In this document: positions 50,726-63,990 of the stretch, piece after piece
Layout: every line of letters starts with the position of its first letter
Numbering within the stretch: the first letter of the stretch is position 1
From: Pavona decussata
Taxonomy: Eukaryota
Length of the DNA: 64,000 nucleotides
Direction: 5' to 3'
NCBI GenBank assembly: GCA_977016875.1
Contig: CDRNST010000088.1
Span: forward strand, 2,852,001 to 2,916,000
Translations under genes and position numbers: made by a program
Notes under the pieces: model-generated
The model's database searches: none
The model's input: only the letters and a program-made list of their open reading frames with translations
Told to the model about the DNA's origin: nothing

Positions 50726-52038
50726 GAGTTTTGTTAACCGTTCAATTCAATTTCCATGTTCATCACAGTTTTCTCTGTTGCTACTAGGCCTATTGGAAGA
50801 CCCAATCGCATTCACCATTTTATGCTATACACCTACTATTCAATCGCTTTCAGCACCCTACACCCTGACACATCTCCCTCGCTTCTCCCAAGCTATTTTC
50901 AACTTAAATCATGTCAGCCAAAGCACATCTCCAACTGCACTTCCTAACCATTGGTTACTGGTAGTATCTTTAGATATAAAGTCATTGTAATAAACAAGTT
51001 CATTGTGAACATTAGCCACGGATATTGCAATTTTGTCACTAATTTTAAAGAAACTATTTCAAGTTTGTTCCAGACATAAAACATACCATTTGATACTAAA
51101 AGAAGCCGACCCATTAGGGCTTTGACTGTCACTGAAACTGTGGTCTGCAGTCCACGTGAAATGTATTTGGTGCTCCATCTTACAAACAATAGTTATCCCC
51201 TTATGGTATTCTGGTTATTTACACAGCTATACTTTACGTAATTACATGCATGTTTCTAAAGGTAGTGAACACTGTTTACAAGAGAGCTATGTTGTCATGA
51301 TTTTTGAAGTACTCAAAAAGACTTTTCATCGAAGGGCACCTGTTGCTACTGTTTTTGTAAACACCTGAGCAGTAAAAAAAATTTCAAGTGAAATCTTAAT
51401 GAAGTCAATTTCAAGCCTCTTATGAGCAATTTGTGAATGCAGAGGATATATTAATATATAAATGTGATTGTTGCAGTTGGGCATCATCTTTCTATTTTGC
51501 ACTTATTTTTTGTTAAATGCACGACATTTATAATAGGATAATTGGAGAAGTAATGCATTTCGTTTTGTGGCTATCAATAAACAGATACAACTAGTTGATG
51601 GTTGTTTAACGAGGCAATTTTTTCATTAAATGAAAGGTCAATGTTTATTAACTATTTTGTAAGAATACCAACATATCCTGCAGATTTGGCTGATAAAGAA
51701 TAAATATGGAATTAGTTTCATTATAATGATCATCACGTAAATCGAATGCAAATCAAGGATTTTGGCCGTAACTCAATGATTAACAATGACGTCAAGCTTG
51801 AAATAAATTATTTTGCTCTGTTGCTAAAAAATGTTTCCAACCAAAAATATTGAGCTCTACACTTCCAAATACGAATAAGAAGATTCATTTCATGAAATAA
51901 GCAAGTTGACAAGCTGATCTAAACAGCATTTCCCCGCATTTCAAGACTAAGAATTTGCCCAATTGCATGCATCAACTCTTTGCCTTCAATTTGGAGCTGA
52001 CGGACCAAACTAGTCTCTCCACTATACATTTTATCCAG

Positions 52039-52274
52039 GGCCCAGTTTTTCAAAGCCTGATTAAGCTAATCCTGGGTTAACGTGAACTTTGATTCGAGTT
52101 TAATTACTAACGAATAAAGTTTTGCCAAAAGATTCTTGTCCCTCAGTTTTTACATCGTCTTTTCGTTACTATTAGCTTACAATTAGCTTTTAAGAACCTT
52201 CTTAGGTAGCGTGCTGAAAACCTTGGTTAACTTTTAATCGTGGATGTGTTAACTGGCTTTCGAACAACTGGGCC
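52039..52274. mobile_element. Harbinger-type MITE
   Basis: TIR GGCCCAGTT.TTC.AAAGCC, TSD CAG. Confidence 0.8.
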
Positions 52275-52842
52275 CAGATCATTATTGCCTTCTGAAATAA
52301 TGTTAAGCAGCTCTCCTGGATCATAAGTGACGGATGTCTCAGTTGAAATTATAGTAAGTAAAGTTTCCACACATACCAATAAACACACCCAGTAATCAAT
52401 GGACAGAGTGTGAGCTCACAATTTACCGGTAATGAAAGGCTCCTGTAAGCCAACTCATGAATGGAGAAGGGAATAGTGGTAACTGTAAGCCAGTACTCGC
52501 ATCAAACTACACAGCAACTACGGATTCATGAATGACATGCGGGACTGAAGTGTGAGCTGAGAGGTATAAAACGTGGTTGCATTGTGTTTGGTTGGCCAAG
52601 GACTCGAAATATAGATCATTTTTAACAAGAAAGCCATAAAGGCTTAATAAGGGGCCGTTCCCCTCAGCAGGATTGAGGTCCTTGAATAGTTTTCTTTTGG
52701 AGTGCTTGGCTTTCACAGACGAAAAAGAAACAAAAATATTCAGTTTCATTACATGGGTAGGTTTAGACAATAACAACAACATTTCTTAACTCACACTTTA
52801 AATAGTTACAGAGGATCGTTATATGCATCATAGGTTACTTAA

Positions 52843-52924
52843 GGACGGTGCCTACTAATACCAAAGTATTTTTGTCCGGTTTCTGACTATGCGGGAAAAG
52901 CAGATCTTAGCAAGGGCTATTGGA

Positions 52925-52960
<36 letters not shown>

Positions 52961-53190
52961 CAGAGATAACTAAGCAATAATATCTCTAAAAAGTGCCAAA
53001 ATATAAAGCAATGTATGGGATTTTTTCCTAAATTGAAGCTTCATTATCTCTGAAAAATGCATGGTTATCCCCAATTTTCTTATGAGATACCAAAAGCATT
53101 TGCTAAGTTCTGCTTTCTCCGTATAGTTTTAAACCGCGCAAAAATATTCCTGTATTAGTAGGCACCACCCATAGGAAACCCGAGTATCTC

Positions 53191-53231
<41 letters not shown>

Positions 53232-53235
53232 ATCC
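52843..53235. mobile_element. Kolobok-type MITE
   Basis: TTAA|GGACGGTGCCTACTA ... TAGTAGGCACCATCC|TTAA. Confidence 0.8.
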
Positions 53236-53457
53236 TTAAAGAGAATAATAAGAAAAGTAATTTAGGTAATTGGAGCCTAGGGGCTAAAGGAACCGTAAGG
53301 TTTTTGAGTTAACCTCTAGTAACTATTTACAATTAATTTTGATAAAAAAGGAGCAACGAAGGAGAAAGAAATCAGACCCAGTTAATAATGCTTAATAATA
53401 TTATAATTTAAAAGTGTTTTTACGCAATTCCTAAGAGTATTGTTTAAACAGCAGATA

Positions 53458-54863
53458 CAGTCAACTCTCTCGTAAGCCCTTGGATCAGGACAAAGCGGTC
53501 ACTTACGAAAGGTGGTCGCTTATGGGAAAGGTCAACAAAATAAGCCTAATACTAGATTGATTAATTAATTACATTAAGATATTACCTTAGCAGCTTCTGA
53601 TGAAACTTTGTATAACATTTTGGAACAGATTCCCCTTTACCTACAGATTCAATTATAGCCATCTCCTCTGTCTGTAAACTGTTATTATCTGTCAGCAGTC
53701 AGGGGTAGCGTCATTAAAAACTGAACTTTTGCCGGGTCCGACAAATACTGAACCCAAATGCCCGGAACAGGCTGAAAATTTTACTGGGCAAGTGTTCTGT
53801 TTCTCTAAGAAGCCTGCCAAGCCGTGGTGGTTTACTGACAAGTTATTTTGTGTAAATTGCTGAAATCTATGCAATGTTTACCTTTTGCAATAAAAACTTG
53901 AGGCATTTTGGCGTACAATACAGACCTTTTTGTGGACATGTCGTCAAGTTTCCTTCTGTGTTTTTATTGGTTTCAATCGCCATTTTTACGTGCTCCGTAA
54001 CTTTCAGACCCAGTTTTTCCCAGTACAGGCCAAAAGGCCAGGCCACTATTCCCCTAACAATGTGGCCTTCCACCATTATCGTGCGATCATGGATAACTTT
54101 GTCACGAAATGACCAAAGCCCGTTGCCGATAACACAAGCGCCAAAAAAAGAAAAACGCAAAATGGAAGACAAGATAAGACAATAAGGAGTACAACTTCAA
54201 AAGATGCACAAAAGGGTATTCCAAACGAGGTGGCTTCAGGAATTTCCTTGGCTAATGGTGGATGCCGAACGCAGCGGAATTTATTGTCTGTATATTCTAC
54301 AAATGAGACAGATAGCGACCTTCATCGTAAAGAAAAATGTTTTACCTAAGTCATAGAGTCAACATGTTGTTGCAAATAGAGAAAGATGTTGCAGTTACCT
54401 GCAATTTTGCTTTTGGTACAAATATATTGGAATATTGTACTTTGTTCACTCTTTTACTTTGCAAATTATAGGAATTGATTTTGCTAGACTTTCTTCCATC
54501 ATGCTATATATTGGACAACCAGGTCCTCCTGCTGGGCAAGTGCTTTTTGCCTCCCACTTGCCCAGGGACAAGTTTTGTCAAAAATATTTGTCAGACCCTG
54601 TTTCGTCACTTCTTAGTAATGATTTACTAATAATCATACATGATTATGTTGGGTGGTCACTCACTGCTGACAGAAAACAAAAGAATATGTGTAATTTCTG
54701 GCCTAAGAAGTGGTCGCGGTCCCTTAAGAAATTTGAGTGGTGGTTGCTTACGAGAGAGCTCTTAAGGTAGTATTTAACTGAGGAAGAAAACGGTTGTTTA
54801 TGAAGTGGTTGCTTACGGAAGGTGGTCGCTTAGGAGAAGTGGTCGCAATGAGAGAGTCGACTG
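53458..54863. mobile_element. Tc1/pogo-type non-autonomous element
   Basis: TA|CAGTCAACTCTCTC ... GAGAGAGTCGACTG|TA, with subterminal GGTGGTCGCTTA repeats. Confidence 0.8.
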
Positions 54864-54865
54864 TA

Positions 54866-55005
54866 TTGTGTTACCTCTTTGGCAAAAGAAAATCTACCAA
54901 GATCTTTCAAGTGATGAAGGATATCATGCCAGAGGTCAATCGCCTGATAGGCAAACATTTGTTTCCCAGTGTTGGTCCGAATATGTGGTTTGCAGAAATT
55001 TTGCT
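54866..55005 (-). mobile_element. LINE (CR1/L2) ORF2 3' fragment
   Basis: KPHIRTNTGKQMFAYQAIDLWHDI..HLK motif. Confidence 0.55.
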
Positions 55006-55585
55006 TTGATGCGTACCTTGTCAGTTGTGTTGTATGTATGTCGGCTCTAGGCATATTGGAGCGCGACCTTCCGCAAAAAAACACAACGCACCACAACACT
55101 GCTCCACAAATCCCTGAGGATGACTTGATTAGTCGATAACGTTTGGTTTTTTAATATCTTTTTTAACTTTTTAGCCTTGTAAATAGTATTGTAAATCTTG
55201 ATCTGCCTGAGCAGCTTTCAATGGTGCTTTTCTCCCCAAAATAAAAATGTAAGAAGACTATATGCATGGGTGGAGTGTTCTTTAGGCTATTTCTTTTAAT
55301 TCCGAACTATAAAAAAATGTATATCTATAATTGAAGTAGGAGAGAAACTTAAGCAAACTGTGAGAAAATGCCATTTTTGAAAGTTTATGACCCATCGATG
55401 GAACAATGGACCGACCCAGCAAGTGGCATTTTCCCAGATTGTGATAACTTGTTCACTGAGCATGCTTACATTCACAAGTAAAAGAGGTGAGTGAGCAATT
55501 AGGACATCTCCCTTGTATACGCCCATGGATGTCACCTTACAGGCAGCTAAATTTATAGCTGCCTGATTCAGCCTATATTTGACTA

Positions 55586-55746
55586 AAGTCAACTCTTGCC
55601 TTGTAGACACCCTTCTGTTAAGGTCAGGAGCTAGTTCCCTTGGCCAAAAGAAACTACAAAGGAATGAATGGAAATACATGTAACTCTCGCTGTTACGGAC
55701 ATCAAATGACGATCCTGAAAGTGTACTCTATAACAAGAGTTGATTG
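55586..55746. mobile_element. Short Tc1/pogo-type MITE
   Basis: AGTCAACTCTTG...CAAGAGTTGATTG with TA flanks. Confidence 0.6.
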
Positions 55747-55870
55747 TACATGGGTACTGTATGGGGCGAGCTCTCAGTCAACTGCAGTGTGAGTCTGCAG
55801 CAGTTACAGAACTGTGCTGCTCATATCATCCTGTGTAAGGAAACTTCCAAAGAAGGGTGTGAAATTTTAA

Positions 55871-56495
55871 AGTGCCCCTAACCCTTCAATTTGTTTTCTT
55901 TTGGTAGATTTCCATATCTTTCAAGAACTCAATTTCACATACATACATACATACATACATACATACATTGAATCCTTTTTTTTTTTTACGAGCGCAGAAG
56001 TGAAGGCAGTCTTGTCGATATTTTCACCTATCGTTCGCATTAGTCCCCCACTTGGCCAAATGTGTCCAAATATGGAGCGTGACGTAAGAAAAGGACATCG
56101 CGCAAAAATATCCGAAGATTCACGGTGATGCTTCAATTGTAAATAGAGAAAATGGTTGAAAAATGTGTGGTTTTTAAATGCAGCAACTCTCGAAAATTAT
56201 GTAGAGAAAGGAATCAGCATGCCGAAGATTCCTTCTGATAACGATCCTAGGCCGTTGTGCTTTGGAATGGTCTCCTTTTCTTACCTCACAGCTTCTTATT
56301 GGCTTGTTCCTAATGTGCCCACGAGACAAAAATTTGTCCAGCGGGGCTTAAAGCGCGCAAAAAAATTAAAATTTCAGTAACTTTTAGCGCTCGTAAAAAA
56401 AGGATTCAATACTTCTAAAACAAAATTTCGAAATTGAGTTCTTCACAGATATGGAAATCTACCAAAAGAAAACAAATTGAAGGGTTAGGGGCACT
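55871..56495. mobile_element. Kolobok-type MITE with long TIRs and an internal (TACA)n microsatellite
   Basis: TTAA|AGTGCCCCTAACCCTTCAATTTG... with perfect inverse ending at 56495|TTAA. Inserted in a LINE RT remnant (~55760-56750). Confidence 0.85.
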
Positions 56496-57049
56496 TTAAA
56501 CTGGGTTGATCTAGCCACCAGTCAGCAGATGCATAAATATAAATGCTTGTACCATTTAGCTCTGACCTGGATATCCAAGCCAACAGTTTGCAAGAAATTC
56601 TAGTATTTACACTTTGCATGAGGATGAGTCTTGTTAAGTGTACCTTCACATTTTCTGGGTCTTAAATTTTTAACTCTCTACCATCTGGCCTACACTCCCA
56701 TCCTTTAAGAATCTCCTCAAATCTTTCCTTTAGGTTAATAGTAATACATAGCTGGCTTTTAGCTTTTCTGTACAGTGGCATATAACTAAGGAATTATATT
56801 TTATACTTTGTGCATTTAACTGTGATATTCTTCACTAATAAAAGTTTAGTATTGTAAATAGTTTTCTTTTTTTTTATTGATCACTGTAAATTCTGTTATG
56901 CAGGGCCCTGCTGGCATTCCAGCCTCATTGCTGACTGTGACTCCCCGCCTAATTATTTCAGTGTTTTTTAGTAAACACAGTGCTGGCAAATGAAGATTAT
57001 GTCAATATAATCACAAATAATGCAGAGATGATTTACACCTGAACATCAA

Positions 57050-59100
57050 AAATCTGGATAGCTACAGAAACTTATAGTTTTGGAGTTCAAGCTACTGGCA
57101 TTTTCCATCACAATATGGCTATTAATCAAAAAGGGCAAGGAGGCTCGCAATAGTTTCCTGACCTGGAGTGGACCTTTTGAAATCAAAATGTTGCATAGAA
57201 GGCAAGCTTTGATTTCCCTAACACTACATCTCCACTTCAACCCATGATGAAAGTTTACTTCTCCATTGGTTTCCAAGCAACAGATGTTACCATAGCTAGA
57301 GTAATCAATAGCCCTTCTTTTTAATCAATGTCAATTATCTCAAAATCTAGTCACACTCTAAAACAAAACTTTACAAAAAACATTAAAAGATGCCAGGTCA
57401 AGTGCAGAATAGTTTTGAAGCCAAGTACTTTTAGCAGAGTCTGAATTCAGCAGGGAAAATTTTTATTACCACAGTGCTACAAAAAATGGATTCAACAATT
57501 TAAAAATTTATCACTGGGCACAAAGAAATTAATTCCAAATGTGGACTCTGCTATTCAATATCTTTGTTTCCAATGTGATAAGAAATTTGGGCTTCTAATT
57601 AATAGTTAATTCAAGGAAACAATGGTGAGTCACAGCATCACTCGAGCATGAAACTGCAAAAAAAAATGTATCACCCAACTTCAAAGGGTTTTCATTCTTA
57701 CACATCTTTAGCAACATCTCCAGAAATTATTCAACTTGTGTAAACGATACACACTCAATTAGAACAAACAAAAGAGTACATGTATGTGAATACTAATTGG
57801 AGCACTAAATGTGGGTGCACAATTAAAACTGTGCTGAAATTGTCATGAGTACAGACACTTTAAATTCATTTATACCTTACAAAATAGCCAATTTACTTCA
57901 GAAAATAATAAGTGAGTAAGATCTTCCAGGTAAAAGATGGCAAAAAGCAGTGGTGTCTGTGACAATATCATATGACTGCTATTATCCAATGAATTACTTA
58001 GCTTTCATGTGCTTGAGGTCTGAGGTTTTAGGACCAATGTTTACTTCCATTAACTACTGCATTAAGTGTGTTGAGTTATCATAAGACTGTGGTGCCTTGA
58101 ACTACATGGTAGATGATAACATTACATTGTTGTTTGTGTGCTAAGAGTAGCTTCTTCGTGAATTTCGGTGGTTTGGGCCACAAAAATATGAGCAAAGGCA
58201 TTATTTACCCCCTAGCTATAGGAGATGGACAACGTTGAATGTTTGGAGATATCGAACCAATTAGATTGAGTAAACATGATGACATGATCTGGTCAGAGCA
58301 TTCTAAATAGCTCTTCTATATCTGTACCACCTCACTTACATTTGTTGGAAAGATTTCCGAACAGCTCCATACATTAAGAAGGTTAGTGTGACAGTGATGC
58401 ATGTATAATTATTATACATGCGTCACTGTCACACTAACCTTCCTACACAAAGAACGAGCATGAATAGAGTTTCGCAAAATGTATACCTAATTAATGTATG
58501 GGGCCGTGCGGAAATCTTGCCAAAATTATTGATGGTTTGCATGTGACATCATGGCAGCCATGTTGGTGGTCAGAAACAATAAGATTTGTCTACTCTGGGA
58601 GTTAACTCCATTTTTATGCAAACTATGTGAGCAGATTTTCTTTTGTTGTGTCCACCAACATGCCCTGGTATTCTATTCTTCTTCCTCTAGCTTATTTAAG
58701 GCATAGTTTTCAGTAAATTCAATAGCTAATCCGATCCAAGAAGGAGCATGAAAACCAGACATGAACTAGACCTACATACACAAAACGAAAAGTTTTCCAA
58801 AAGGAAAGAAAGCAAATGGAAACATAAGGAGCCTTTTAAAAAGCACCACCCCGAGCGCGAGGAATACTTTACCTTTTTGCATCCATTTTGAGTTCACATG
58901 CATAAATAAACATGGCGTGCGCATGCAGCATGATTCCACATATTATTATCCCAAAGGAAGCAATATTCGAACCTACAAATATTTAACTACACAGATGGAT
59001 TTTTGTGCATGAAAAAGTCTGCAACTGACTTACCGTTTGGGTAGTTTCAGTCCGCGTTTCTGTGCAACAGACAAAACACAAAACACTTCTTCTGTTTCCC
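57050..59100 (-). pseudogene. Decayed spliced WD40-repeat gene (WDR77/MEP50-like by eye)
   Basis: Exon-like GT-AG segments (58874-58972, 58338-58442, ~57875-58020, ~57050-57295) giving VTSVAWKP...FIMG..SG.V.L, VHSRS and DIVTD. Many stops. Confidence 0.35.
58378..58442. repeat. 65-bp near-perfect palindrome
   Basis: 32-bp arms GAAGGTTAGTGTGACAGTGATGCATGTATAAT / ATTATACATGCGTCACTGTCACACTAACCTTC with one mismatch. Confidence 0.95.
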
Positions 59101-59226
59101 GACTCCGCGCGGAAATCGCGCGCGCGGAGCACCATGGGTAAGAATATACATGTATGGGGTGCCGTCCAAAATTTTCGCAAATTTCTTTTTAAGTCATCGA
59201 TAGCAGTTCGGTCAAAGACCAGCAAC

Positions 59227-60814
59227 TATGGCGTTTCATTGCGGACAAAAATCCCCTCCCTAACCAAAAGAAGTGACTTACTTGGAGAAATAAGCAATGA
59301 AATTAAAAAAATGAGGTCGATGAATTGAAAATTTTACTTCAAAAAAAATTAATAATAGTCCACAAGTTAAGAAAAAATTTAGATCGAAGTCTAAAAATTG
59401 AGTCGAGTTTCTAAAAAATATGTCTGACGCAAAAAGTCAGTCAACCGGAAAATCAACACCGAATTAAAAAAAAAATTGTCGAGAGGAAGCGGAAACTGAT
59501 TTGCGCCTCAACCGGATGTAAGGAGCATATCCTTTTCTGGTTTTACAGGAAGTGATGTGCTATGCATACGGGAATGTGAAATTCTTCGCGCGAGAATTCC
59601 TCAAAGCAGCAAACACGGCCGGTAACTCGCAATCTGCGAGTTCTGTGCAAGAAAGTGTTGACAGGCCAACGCGACTCCTGCAGTTCGCAAAGGAATTTCT
59701 GATAGAGCCTTCAAAAGTACCTTAGCTCTGCTTAATGATTTTCATCTTAATGATGAAGGGAAAAACTCAAATATATTGAATGGAGGTTTTCTTAATGATC
59801 ATTCTGAGCCGTTAGGAGAAGTTTTTCACGTGCCATTGGGTATGCTAGCTCTGTGCCATTTGTTTACCGACTCGGATCAACTGCAAGATTATAGATATCA
59901 CAGCGCTAATTAAATGCTATCTATGAAGACATAGGATCCGTGGATTTCATAACTCGTGATTCATGCTTTTCTGCAGTGAGATTGCAGGATGTTCGTTTAT
60001 CACGTATATGAGAGTGTAGCAGATCTGCGTCTTTGCAAAAATGATCAATGTTGTCTCTCGCTGTCGAGAGCTTTGGCCTCTTGTCGCTTCGTTACTGAAT
60101 AATGACATGTATCTCCATTGTTTTGTGGGTAAGCTCGCATCCGGTAGATATCAAAAGCTAAGACAGTGAGTAACTGTCATGGGAGTCTCTAGGATGCTTC
60201 AGCGAGTTCTTCTGACAAGTGTTAAGTGTTGTTTCTCAGGCAGGTGGTTTAACTGAGCAATGCAGGTTTGCTGGGAATCTGCTTGCCCATACACCTCACA
60301 AAAACGGGCTATCAAAGTTGACAGTGTTCGCTCGTATTCTTCTAATCGAGGGACCAAAAACTCTGAGGTATCATAAGAAGCTGAAGTCAACTGTTCTTCT
60401 GAACTTTCTATCAGTCTTCCCAAAGAAAGAAAGAAGTCTTCAAAGTTGGGAAGCCAACGCGTCATTTTGTTTTTGACCGCGGGTAGCCTAGCGTGGCCCA
60501 CACATCACTTCCTGTGATACCATATAAGGATATCCGGTTGAGGCGCAAATAAGTTTCCGCTGTTTCCGCTTCCTCTCGACTAGTTGTTTTTTTTTTTTTT
60601 TTTTTTCGGTGTTGATTTTTCCGGTTGACTGACTGTTTGCGTCAGACATATTTTATGGAAACTCGACTCAATCTTTTTTAATTGTGGACCGTTATTATTT
60701 TTTTGAAGTAAAATTTTCAATACATCGACTTCATTTTTTTAATCTCATTGTTTATTTCTCCAAGTAAGTCACTTCTCTTTGTTGGGGGATTTTTGTCCGC
60801 AACGAAACGCCATA
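59227..60814 (-). mobile_element. IS3EU-like non-autonomous DNA transposon
   Basis: ~330-bp TIRs beginning TATGGCGTTTC; 6-bp TSD AGCAAC/GGCAAC (1 mismatch); internal helical ORF remnant 60199-60465 on the minus strand. Confidence 0.75.
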
Positions 60815-60975
60815 GGCAACCGGGGATCGAAAAATTGGAACGAAACTTTCCAAATTTTAATAAGCGATCGAATTGAATGTCGGAACTTTCTTCTCCATTC
60901 TCCCGCTCGGTGATCTCCTCAAACCATAATAACGATGTAAATAAAAAAAAGCAAACAAACAAACAACAACACTTT

Positions 60976-61394
60976 AAGCCTGTTCCAGGCTTATAGAGAG
61001 ACGCGTGAAGGAGAGGGTTAGGTCAAGGGACGAAAACGAGGGGGACTGGGAGAGAGAAAAAGCGGGAAAGAAGAGGAGCCTGTGGTCATTTTTTTTAAAC
61101 ACCTCATGCCGACCACTTTTTCTAAAATGTGTCAACATGTCAAAATGTCAAACTTCTCATTGTCACGGGTTTCGATTACTCGCGCGAGTTCTCGAGTTCG
61201 CACGGTTGTCCTTACATCGCTTCGATGTCGCGGACACCGAAAGGTTCTCTGGGTTTGGGATTTCAACCCTCAAAATCCTGTAGATTTTGCCAAAAAAAAT
61301 TCTTCTTTCCCTCTTTTTCTCTCCTCCAGCCCCCCTCGTTTTCGTCCCCTCACCCTCTCCTTCGCGCGTCTCTCTAGGAGCCTGGAACAGGCTA
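60976..61394. mobile_element. MITE with 9-bp TSD (AcademH-like termini)
   Basis: TIR AGCCTGTTCCAGGCT; CAACACTTT duplicated on both flanks. Confidence 0.8.
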
Positions 61395-62528
61395 CAACAC
61401 TTTATTAAAACAGACAGTTACAAGCTGGTTACATACCCACCCGCAAATAGCTAAAGCTAGTCGAGGCGGGTAGGTATGTATATTACGATGCATATGCTCG
61501 GTGAAGATTGAGCTTGTAGAGGAGGAATGGGACGACTTTAAATCGCGTGCTTGGCTATTTTGAGGCTTCACCACTCTTGTATCGTTTATAAGCAATGTTT
61601 AAAGAATTACCGCAAAACAGAGAACAATACGACAATTACTAGTATTGACCAGAAAAAAATCTTGACAATTAAAACTGGTAATACTTGTATAACCTGCGTG
61701 ATAAAAACTACTCGTACATCTAATTTCAACCCACGAATTGTCAATGTTTCAAATACAAACGTTCCGTTTGACAGCGATTAACCGTTTCTTTACCGTAGGG
61801 AAGCGTTTGAAAACTTTTGGCCTTATGAAAGGGTCCTAAGGGTCTGTTGGTACATGATAACGTAACACTGAACAGTATCAGCATCCAATAACCTAAGAAA
61901 AGCAAGGTCGACACATTAGCCCCCTTCTGACTCTTTCCCTTAGAATACCGAGACTTTGAAAGCTCTTCCCACAAGTAAAAGAACCTTCTTGGATAATTCA
62001 GTAATGACTGGGCGTTAGCTGCAAGGGGACTGGGCCTCTCAGATATGCTAAGTAAACATAAAATTGGTCATAGGGTTTGGATAAGTCATGTCTCTCCATG
62101 CATACAAAGTAAGCGACCTTAAATTTCGTCACTGATCCACCTCGATAAACACAAGCGAAGAGGAAAATACATAATGCTCGCAACTGGTAGCAATTTGACA
62201 GCAATATTGCTTCGTAGCAAGATGAAAAGATGGCATTTTTATTTTTTTTAATTTCTAATGGGGTAGAGGGAGGTAATATGCATTTAGGTCGCGAGCATGA
62301 AGGCAAAGACTCGTGATACCGAGAGACCGGAGTGGGCTTCGGGCCAACAAATTTCAATAATTAAACTGAGAAGATGTTTTACTCTATATCACATCAGTGG
62401 TGGAGCCCGAATGATAAATAATGAAACCAAGACTGGTGTTTCTCGTGTTCAGTTTCATTTAAAAGTTGGTAGAGAACTGAACAGCGACTTCGTAGCAAGG
62501 CCGATGGCTTTCTCTCGTACGAGATCGG

Positions 62529-63365
62529 ATGCTAACAAGCAAGGAAGCAGCGGCAAGTCACACAAACAGTGACAAGATAAAAACAGTTAATACTACAGAG
62601 CGGAACACTGACCATACAGAGACAAATCTAAACAACAGGTTCCTTCTAACAGCAGCTTATTTCATTTTCCTATTGTGGAGATTTGTAAGCATAGCTTTAT
62701 ATTCAGTGTACGCCACAGATTGTTTCTTGAGAGCAAAGCTTGCCACGTTACGATGTGAAAACTTTACCCTCTATCCAGATCCCACGAAATTCGAAATCGC
62801 CTGGCAGTCCACTTCGGCTATAAATGGCTTCATCGCGATTGCGATTCTATTCAAGCTACCGAAGTTTCCTGGTTTAAAAGTCGTGTATACTCGTCTCGTC
62901 CGTCTTGCTCGGTTTTGGTCTTTCTTCTTCCAACTGATTGTAGTGGTGACATATAATGTTATCCTCTTCTTTCACGAACATTTGCCCGAGAGTGCAATCA
63001 TCGAAGTTGGATTTATTGTCGACGAAATTATCATCTGGATGGTGGTTTGCTTGTGGAATTTTGTACCCGCACCAGACAGCAAGTCCCCCAGCGGGTACTT
63101 ATGGCTACTATTCGCTTACAAATTGACGCTTGTCGTGTTCTTTTTAGAGAACTTTTTTCTCTTCTTGTTAATGACTTCCCAAGCTGCGTTAGATATCACT
63201 GGTATTCACGAATTCGAAAGTAGATCGAAGGGCTTACAGGCGCTGGGGATTGTCTTAAACGCAACCGAAGCGACGTTTTATTTCGCTGTCATGAAGTTTA
63301 TGTGGAATAAACTGTTTGAATTCAACTCTGAGCCAGAAGACCTTTTAAAAAAGGACACAATATAG
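62529..63365 (+). CDS. Uncharacterised multi-pass membrane protein, 278 aa, single exon
   Basis: Uninterrupted ORF with ~6 hydrophobic segments and polar termini; no TE motifs. Confidence 0.75.
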   Translation: MLTSKEAAASHTNSDKIKTVNTTERNTDHTETNLNNRFLLTAAYFIFLLWRFVSIALYSVYATDCFLRAKLATLRCENFTLYPDPTKFEIAWQSTSAINGFIAIAILFKLPKFPGLKVVYTRLVRLARFWSFFFQLIVVVTYNVILFFHEHLPESAIIEVGFIVDEIIIWMVVCLWNFVPAPDSKSPSGYLWLLFAYKLTLVVFFLENFFLFLLMTSQAALDITGIHEFESRSKGLQALGIVLNATEATFYFAVMKFMWNKLFEFNSEPEDLLKKDTI

Positions 63366-63593
63366 CCGACAGCAATTATATATCTGAATGGGTTACGTCA
63401 AATTCATATTGTATAACTTAGTGGTTGTTTTTTTTTTTTGGAGCAACTTGAGCGATCACCTAGTAAATCTCCTAATTGTTTATAAACAAAATCCATATCT
63501 AGCTAAATTCGGTTAAGGCCGGGTAAATCCCTTATCTAATATCCCACGCGAAAGGGAATTGTAACACTCATATAGTACAAACGCAATAGCTAA

Positions 63594-63990
63594 GGGCGCG
63601 TTTTTTTATCCACAATTCTGGAATAAGAATGGTTGGTATGGAATGCTAGGCGGAATAATTCGGATTGTCTGCATAAAAAAACCCCCGTCGGTCCTGGCCG
63701 AGTAAACATTGCGTAACCAATATGGCAATTAGAAACAATGTTTCATCTTTTCCAAAAGTGTAACCTGATTTTTTTTTCTCCGGTAGAGACGTATTTGAAT
63801 CCGCAGCGCTCATCTCGCCGTCCGCCATCTTGGATTTTCATTCGCAACAGTCTATTCATTCTGCCCCTGGGAGCAGAATGGATGGAATGGTATTCTGTCC
63901 ATTCCGGAATAGGAATGCGGAATAGAAAAACGCGCGCATTTTACATTCTGTCCATTCTCATTCCAGAATTGTGAATAAAAAAACGCGCCC
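63594..63990. mobile_element. Tourist/Harbinger MITE
   Basis: TAA|GGGCGCGTTTTTTTAT.CACAATTCTGGAAT ... inverse |TAA. Confidence 0.9.

Noticed and set aside
51995-52012. Right TIR partner of the element starting at 28212
   Set aside because: Only weak similarity (TAGT..GGTC) and no TSD.
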